In this document: one piece after another, positions 13,796 through 18,507 of the stretch
Layout of the letters: the number at the start of each line of letters is the position of its first letter
Position numbering within the stretch: the first letter of the stretch is position 1
NCBI GenBank assembly: GCA_031367385.1
Contig: JANLPS010000303.1
Span: 1-18,507, forward strand
Length of the DNA stretch: 18,507 nt
Reading direction: 5' to 3'
From: Archangium sp.
Lineage (GTDB): Bacteria > Myxococcota > Myxococcia > Myxococcales > Myxococcaceae
Translations under genes and position numbers: made by a program
Notes under the pieces: generated by a model
What the model was told of the DNA's origin: nothing
Seen by the model: only the letters and a program-made list of their open reading frames with translations
The model's database searches: none

Positions 13796-13826
13796 CGGGC
13801 TCCAGTTGCGGTGCATGTGGGTGACC
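13796..13826. repeat. 31-bp dispersed direct repeat, copy 2 (copy 1 at 8555-8585), 30/31 identical
   Basis: cgggctccagttgcggtgcatgtgAgtgacc (8555) versus cgggctccagttgcggtgcatgtgGgtgacc (13796). Confidence 0.9.
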
Positions 13827-13841
13827 TCTGCGTGCGGCGGG

Positions 13842-14177
13842 TCAGTTCGCGCCGGGAAACGAAGTCACGTACTTGACCTTCACGTTGGGGAACGAGTCGA
13901 CGAACTGCACCTTGGTGTCAGGGAACGAAGTCACCAGCTGCCACTTGCCGCACGCGTCGGGGAAGGCGTCGACGTGCTGCACCTTCACGTCGGGAAAGGA
14001 GTCGACCACCTGGACCTTCACATCGGGGAAGGAGGTGACGACCTGAATCTTGCCGTACAGCTTCTTGCCGTTGAACGTGCAGCTCGACTTGTTGAACTTC
14101 GAGTCACCGCCCCACGCGACGCCCGTCGCACCGGCGATGATGAAAAGGAGCGCGCCCAGCAGGATCTTGGTCTTCAT
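13842..14177 (-). CDS. Small secreted protein with six ~11-aa (K-V-Q-x-V-x-S-F-P-D) repeats; possible 7(1)-knot family
   Basis: Signal peptide MKTKILLGALLFIIAGATGVAWG, then GKIQVVTSFPD VKVQVVDSFPD VKVQHVDAFPD ACGKWQLVTSFPD TKVQFVDSFPN VKVKYVTSFPG. Confidence 0.8.
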   Translation of the reverse strand: MKTKILLGALLFIIAGATGVAWGGDSKFNKSSCTFNGKKLYGKIQVVTSFPDVKVQVVDSFPDVKVQHVDAFPDACGKWQLVTSFPDTKVQFVDSFPNVKVKYVTSFPGAN

Positions 14178-14222
14178 GGGGCTCAGGCGTAACATCTCGA
14201 TTTTACTCTCTCAAGAGACCCA

Positions 14223-14783
14223 GTGAACGACCCGTATTGGACGAGCGAGCCCTTGGCATGGGGCGGCATCGACCCCACTTTGCGGCATCGAGAGCGTTTG
14301 CGGAGGCTCTTCGAGGCGCGCCTCGGCGCTTGGAGCGCAGCGATTCTCGTGTGCGGGCTCGATCAGTTCAGCGCCGTCAACGCACGGCTCGGGCGCACCA
14401 AAGGCGACGAGATCTTGCTGGAAATCTTCAACGCGTTGGTGGCTCGCCTGCCCGTCGGCGCAGTCGCGGCCCGCCTCGCTGGTGACACCTTCGTGATTGC
14501 GGTGCCAGCTGACGCCGCCGATTCGGTTCGGTCAGTCGCCGAGCTGCCTCCCGCGGTGAACCACCTCTTCGCGACGCTCGCCTGGTCGACCGGCATCGCC
14601 AAGGTGGCCAGCCTGAGCGCCGAGTGGGCCGCGGGCCGCGACCATGCACATCGGGCCTTCGACGAAGCAAAACGACGAGGCGGGAACATCGCGCTGCTGC
14701 ATGGGGACGAGGGCGGCTGCACCGTGGTCACCAGTGGGCCGCCCTCGCGCATGAATTACGGCGGCGGCTCGCGCAACCCTTGA
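14223..14783 (+). CDS. Stand-alone degenerate GGDEF-domain protein (AGDTF)
   Basis: CGLDQFSAVNARLGRTKGDEILL, ARLAGDTFVI, STGIA, AHRAFDEAKRRGGN follow the GGDEF domain layout with catalytic residues altered. Confidence 0.8.
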   Translation: MNDPYWTSEPLAWGGIDPTLRHRERLRRLFEARLGAWSAAILVCGLDQFSAVNARLGRTKGDEILLEIFNALVARLPVGAVAARLAGDTFVIAVPADAADSVRSVAELPPAVNHLFATLAWSTGIAKVASLSAEWAAGRDHAHRAFDEAKRRGGNIALLHGDEGGCTVVTSGPPSRMNYGGGSRNP

Positions 14784-14817
14784 CCTTCGTGCAGGTCAGA
14801 TCGACAACCCCCACCTG

Positions 14818-16191
14818 GTGTCATTCACGGCGAGCATTCACGGCGAGCACTTCACCTTCAAAGACCTGAAGGAGGTCTTGGGCCGGGCGAACGAGCTTCG
14901 ATCAGGCGATCGGCAAGCGGGCCTGTGTGCGCGGTCGATGCGCGAAATGGCCGCCGCGAAAGAGGTCTTGGCCGGGCAGCCCCTCAAGGCCCTCTACGAG
15001 CACGTCTCGGTGCCCTATGAAACCGACGAGGTCACCCGCGTCGCGATCGACGGCATTGATCAACTGGCGCTGAAAAAAGTGCAGGGCTGGTCGGTCGCCG
15101 AGTTTCGCGAGTGGTTGCTCGATGATCGCACCACCGGTGAGGAGATCTCGGCCATCTCGTACGGGTTGACACCCGAGATGATCGCCGCCGTCACCAAGCT
15201 GATGTCCAACATGGACCTGGTGATCGCCGGGCGAAAAATTCGCGTGGTCGTTCGCTGCAACAACACGCTCGGGCTCAAGGGCCGCATCTCGAGCCGCCTG
15301 CAACCCAACCACCCCACCGACAACGTCGCGGGCGTGCTCGCGGCGGTCAAAGACGGGCTCTCTTTCGGCAACGGCGACGCCGTCATCGGCATCAACCCCT
15401 CGACCGGCGATTTGCAGGCGACCGTCGACATCTTGAGCTCCGTCAAAGACCTGATGCGCAAGTACCGGGTGCCGACCCAGAACTGCGTGCTGTCGCACGT
15501 GACCATTCAGATGGCCGCGGTGCGCAAGGGGGCTCCACTCGACTTGATGTTTCAGTCGATCGCCGGCAGCGAAGGCGCCAATCGCAACTTCGGCGTGTCG
15601 CTCTCGGTGCTCGACGAGGCGAATGACCTGGCCCGCCGCGAGGGCACGGCGCAAGGCCGCAACGTGATGTACTTCGAGACCGGGCAGGGCACCGCGCTCT
15701 CAGCCAACGCGCACTACGGCACTGATCAGGTCACCATGGAGGCCCGCGCCTACGCCCTGGCCCGCCGGTACGAGCCCTTCTTGGTCAACAGCGTGGTCGG
15801 CTTCATCGGCCCCGAGTACCTGCGCGACGCGAAAGAAATCACCCGCGCCGGCCTCGAAGATCACTTCATGGGCAAGCTCAGCGGCGTCTCGATGGGCTGC
15901 GATGCCTGCTACACCAACCACGCCATCGCTGATCAGAACGACCAAGAGAACCTCGAGATGCTCCTCGCCTCGGCGGGCGTCAATTACCTGATGGGCATCC
16001 CCATGGGTGATGACGTCATGCTCAACTACCAGACCACGTCGTTTCACAACAACGCGGCGCTGCGTGAGATCTACGGGCTCAAGCCCGCCCCCGAGTTCGA
16101 GCAGTGGCTCGAGCGCATGGGGCTGTGGCGCAACGGCAAATTGACCGACCGCGCGGGTGACGCGACCGTGTTCGACCGGGAGTTCAGATGA
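14818..16191 (+). CDS. eutB: Ethanolamine ammonia-lyase large subunit
   Basis: LRSGD, YETDEVTR, GLTPEMIAAVTKLMSNMDL, RLQPNHPTD, GDAVIGINP, PTQNCVLSHVT, FQSIAGSE, MYFETGQG, NSVVGFIGPEYL, GLEDHFMGKL, MGCDACYTNH, DDVMLNYQTTS. Confidence 0.97.
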   Translation: MSFTASIHGEHFTFKDLKEVLGRANELRSGDRQAGLCARSMREMAAAKEVLAGQPLKALYEHVSVPYETDEVTRVAIDGIDQLALKKVQGWSVAEFREWLLDDRTTGEEISAISYGLTPEMIAAVTKLMSNMDLVIAGRKIRVVVRCNNTLGLKGRISSRLQPNHPTDNVAGVLAAVKDGLSFGNGDAVIGINPSTGDLQATVDILSSVKDLMRKYRVPTQNCVLSHVTIQMAAVRKGAPLDLMFQSIAGSEGANRNFGVSLSVLDEANDLARREGTAQGRNVMYFETGQGTALSANAHYGTDQVTMEARAYALARRYEPFLVNSVVGFIGPEYLRDAKEITRAGLEDHFMGKLSGVSMGCDACYTNHAIADQNDQENLEMLLASAGVNYLMGIPMGDDVMLNYQTTSFHNNAALREIYGLKPAPEFEQWLERMGLWRNGKLTDRAGDATVFDREFR

Positions 16192-17024
16192 CGCCTGATG
16201 AATTGACCGCGTTGGTCAGGCGCCTGGTGATTGAGGTCGTCGGGGAGCCGAAGGCCGAAGCTCCAGCGCGGCATGAGCCCCCGTTGGTCAAGCGCGGGTT
16301 GCGGGCGTTGCCTTCTCCGCGTCACCCGGCGCAGGCACAGGTGCTGCGTGACACCACGCCCTCGCGCATTCTCACCGGGCGCACCGGCACGCGGTATCTC
16401 ACCTCGAACTACCTCGGGCTGCGGGCCGATCACGCGATCGCCCTCGACGCGGTCGAGTCAGAAATCGAAGAGGGTTGGGCCGAGAAGAACGGGTATCTCT
16501 CGCTGCGCACACGGGCGGTTGATCATTCGCATTTTCTGCTGCACCCCGATGAAGGTCGAAGGCTCGATGACGCCTCGCGCGCGCGGTGTGAAAAAGAGGC
16601 CGATCGCGGGGCCGACATTCAGTTGATTCTGGGCGACGGCTTGTCGGCGATCGCGCTCGAAGAGAATGGGCCTCCGCTGACCCGCGCGCTGCAGGCCTCG
16701 CTCACCGGTGCTGGGTTCAAGCTGGGCAAACCCCTCTGCGTGAAGTTCGCCCGCATCGGCGTCGCCGACGAAATCGGAGTCATCACCGGCGCCAAAGCCA
16801 CCATCATCATGGTCGGTGAGCGCCCGGGCCTGGGCACCGGAGATTCGTTGAGCATCTACACCGCCTACGGCCCGAAGCTGGGGCAAGACAACGCCGAGAA
16901 AGACTGCATCTCGAACGTGCGGCAGCTGGGCTTCGTGCCCGAGCGTGCGGCCGCATTGTGCACCGAGCTGATGAAAAACACCTTCGCTGCCGGCGGCGGT
17001 GGCGTGAAACTGGCCAGACCATGA
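16188..17024 (+). CDS. eutC: Ethanolamine ammonia-lyase small subunit with N-terminal putative encapsulation peptide
   Basis: TPSRI.TGRTG.RY.T, DHAIALDAV, FLLHPDEGRRL, GDGLS, RIGVADEIG, VGERPGL, SLSIY, CISNV. ATGA overlap with eutB. Confidence 0.95.
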   Translation: MTPDELTALVRRLVIEVVGEPKAEAPARHEPPLVKRGLRALPSPRHPAQAQVLRDTTPSRILTGRTGTRYLTSNYLGLRADHAIALDAVESEIEEGWAEKNGYLSLRTRAVDHSHFLLHPDEGRRLDDASRARCEKEADRGADIQLILGDGLSAIALEENGPPLTRALQASLTGAGFKLGKPLCVKFARIGVADEIGVITGAKATIIMVGERPGLGTGDSLSIYTAYGPKLGQDNAEKDCISNVRQLGFVPERAAALCTELMKNTFAAGGGGVKLARP

Positions 17025-17704
17025 GCGAGCTCGTCGCGGTGAAAGCGCGGGTGTTGACCTGCCGGCTGGTCGAGCAGGTCGAGCGGCCGTTGGCGAAGGC
17101 GCTCGGCTTCTCTGACCGGCACGTCTCGGCGGCCTTCATCACCTGCGATCAAGACGACTCGCTGTACGCGGCGCTCGATCAGGCGACCAAAGAGGCCGAC
17201 GTCGAGGTGGTGTACGCAAAGTCGTTCTACGCGGGCAGCGCGCATGCCTCGGGCCCCTTGAGCGGCGAAATCATGGGGGTTTTGGCGGGCCCCAACCCCG
17301 ACGAGGTCGCCGAGGGCGTGTGGGCGCTGCGCGAGGCGCTCAACCGAGACATTCACTTCGTGACCCTCGCCGGTACCACCGGGCCGTCGTTCTTTCCCCA
17401 TGTCGTCTCTGAGACGGGCAGCTACCTCTCGAAGCTCGCCGGAGTACCGCAGGGCGCACCGCTGGCGTACCTGATCGCGCCACCCGTCGAGGCGATGCTG
17501 GGCCTCGACGCGGCGCTCAAGGCGGCGAACGTGACGATGGTGAAATTTTTCGGGCCTCCGACCGAGACCAACTTCGCCGGAGCGTACTTGACCGGGTCAT
17601 TGGCCGACGTGCAGGCCGCGGCCGACGCGTTCACCTTTGCGATTGCCAGCGTGGTGGCCAACCCGACCTCGGGCATCGTGCGGCCTGAACGCGAGCGCCG
17701 CTGA
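17021..17704 (+). CDS. eutL: Tandem-domain bacterial microcompartment shell protein (BMC-T) EutL
   Basis: ITCDQDDSLYAALDQATKEADVEVVYAKSFYAG, GPNPDEV, TGSYLS, LAYLIAPPVEA..GLDAALKAA, PPTETNF.GA.LTG. ATG at 17021 overlaps the eutC stop (ATGA). Confidence 0.93.
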   Translation: MSELVAVKARVLTCRLVEQVERPLAKALGFSDRHVSAAFITCDQDDSLYAALDQATKEADVEVVYAKSFYAGSAHASGPLSGEIMGVLAGPNPDEVAEGVWALREALNRDIHFVTLAGTTGPSFFPHVVSETGSYLSKLAGVPQGAPLAYLIAPPVEAMLGLDAALKAANVTMVKFFGPPTETNFAGAYLTGSLADVQAAADAFTFAIASVVANPTSGIVRPERERR

Positions 17705-17711
17705 CACCTCG

Positions 17712-18008
17712 ATGAAGCCAGTCGCTTACAAGCCCAAGCTCGAGCCCGGGGCGAGCGTCAGGGTGTTTGATTCACATCGCGGCACGATGGAAGTCGCTGA
17801 GACCGTTCGCGTGCTCGAGGTTCAGCCCTGCGACTTTGCGCTCCTTAGAGATCTGAACACGATTCATGGCGAATACGACGTGCGGGTTGAACTCACCACC
17901 CACGAAGCGGGCACCATGGTTCATCTCTTGACCGAACGAAGCGATATCAATCTGCGAAACACGAGGTGGGCCAGCTCCGTGCACCTTCTCGAGCAAGAAT
18001 CCGGCTAG
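17712..18008 (+). CDS. Hypothetical protein (98 aa)
   Basis: ATG 7 nt after the eutL stop; open to TAG at 18008; no recognised motif. Confidence 0.5.
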   Translation: MKPVAYKPKLEPGASVRVFDSHRGTMEVAETVRVLEVQPCDFALLRDLNTIHGEYDVRVELTTHEAGTMVHLLTERSDINLRNTRWASSVHLLEQESG

Positions 18009-18051
18009 CCGCCCCTCGGGCGCACGCAATTCGTACAACAGCTCCGACTCT

Positions 18052-18294
18052 TTAGACTTTGCCTTCTTGCTGGTGCGCGCGAGCGATGGCGGTGCGAAGC
18101 GCCGAGTCGAGCTTGTCGAGGGCGAGCAACACCTTGCCGTCGTGCACCGCTTTGACCGCTTCGGCCTTCACTTCGAAGTCACCGGCATTTTCGACGAAGA
18201 CCTGGAGCCCGTGAGCGTGAACGACGCGCACCGCTCCGAACATCGTGCCGCCTTCTTTGATGTACACCTGATCGCCAATTTTGACCTGTGACAT
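18052..18294 (-). CDS. Small hypothetical protein (80 aa), beta-rich N-terminus plus C-terminal helix
   Basis: MSQVKIGDQVYIKEGGTMFGAVRVV..VFVENAGDFEV..AVKAVHDGKV..AIARAH; GGAG upstream of ATG 18294; GC-biased codons. Confidence 0.75.
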   Translation of the reverse strand: MSQVKIGDQVYIKEGGTMFGAVRVVHAHGLQVFVENAGDFEVKAEAVKAVHDGKVLLALDKLDSALRTAIARAHQQEGKV

Positions 18295-18368
18295 GGTTTT
18301 GGAGCTCCGGTCCTTGTGGTTGACGTCTTCGTAGTCGCACATGGCTCGCAGGTCATCGTTTGTTTCAA

Positions 18369-18507
18369 CTAGTACCCGGCCACAGTGGTTTTGATCGGTT
18401 GAAGCTGCGGAAGGTCGGCAGGGTCGATTAGCAGCTCGATGCTGCGCGCCTGCCGAGGGGTGCGGCGAATCAGGCCTCGCCGCTCGAGTTCGATGACCAT
18501 GCTGTGA
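18369..18507 (-). CDS. 3' end of a protein ending in a LexA-type winged-helix DNA-binding domain (no peptidase domain follows)
   Basis: Reverse strand reads HSMVIELERRGLIRRTPRQARSIELLIDPADLPQLQPIKTTVAGY-TAG. LExxGxIxRxPxxARSIE is the end of the LexA N-terminal domain. Not in the ORF track because it is truncated. Confidence 0.75.
   Translation of the reverse strand, partial: HSMVIELERRGLIRRTPRQARSIELLIDPADLPQLQPIKTTVAGY

Noticed and set aside
8555..13826. Diversity-generating retroelement template/variable repeat pair as the explanation for the 31-bp repeat
   Set aside because: Too short, only one mismatch, not at the 3' end of the gene, and no reverse transcriptase in the window.
13851..14051. 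~33-bp periodic repeats that could be mistaken for a CRISPR array
   Set aside because: Repeats are contiguous, degenerate at third positions and in frame in a signal-peptide gene; no unique spacers or cas genes.
14784..14817. Cobalamin riboswitch or ANTAR hairpins upstream of eutB
   Set aside because: The gap is only 34 bp and shows no such motif.

Overview
GC-rich, gene-dense bacterial window. Gene content (Cys-rich DAG-repeat lipoproteins, an ECF sigma beside a Ser/Thr kinase-TPR, a Kelch lipoprotein) suggests Myxococcota, which is an inference. Left to right: the 3' end of an unidentified + strand gene; a translationally coupled - strand trio (class I fumarate hydratase, atypical fRMsr-like GAF protein, ATP-grasp ligase); a Cys-rich lipoprotein gene that appears broken by a frameshift near 3708; an ECF sigma factor overlapping a membrane Ser/Thr kinase with TPRs; five - strand envelope or secreted protein genes, including a small 11-aa-repeat protein resembling 7(1)-knot proteins; a degenerate GGDEF gene followed by a minimal eutB-eutC-eutL cluster (EutC with an encapsulation-peptide-like N-terminus, only one shell gene); two small hypothetical genes; and the 3' end of a stand-alone LexA-type DNA-binding gene that may end in an IS630-like terminus. 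The most unexpected DNA-level signal is a 31-bp 30/31 direct repeat shared between the inside of one gene (8555-8585) and an intergenic region 5.2 kb away (13796-13826). No rRNA, tRNA or CRISPR array was seen. All family calls come from motif recognition by eye; no searches were run.
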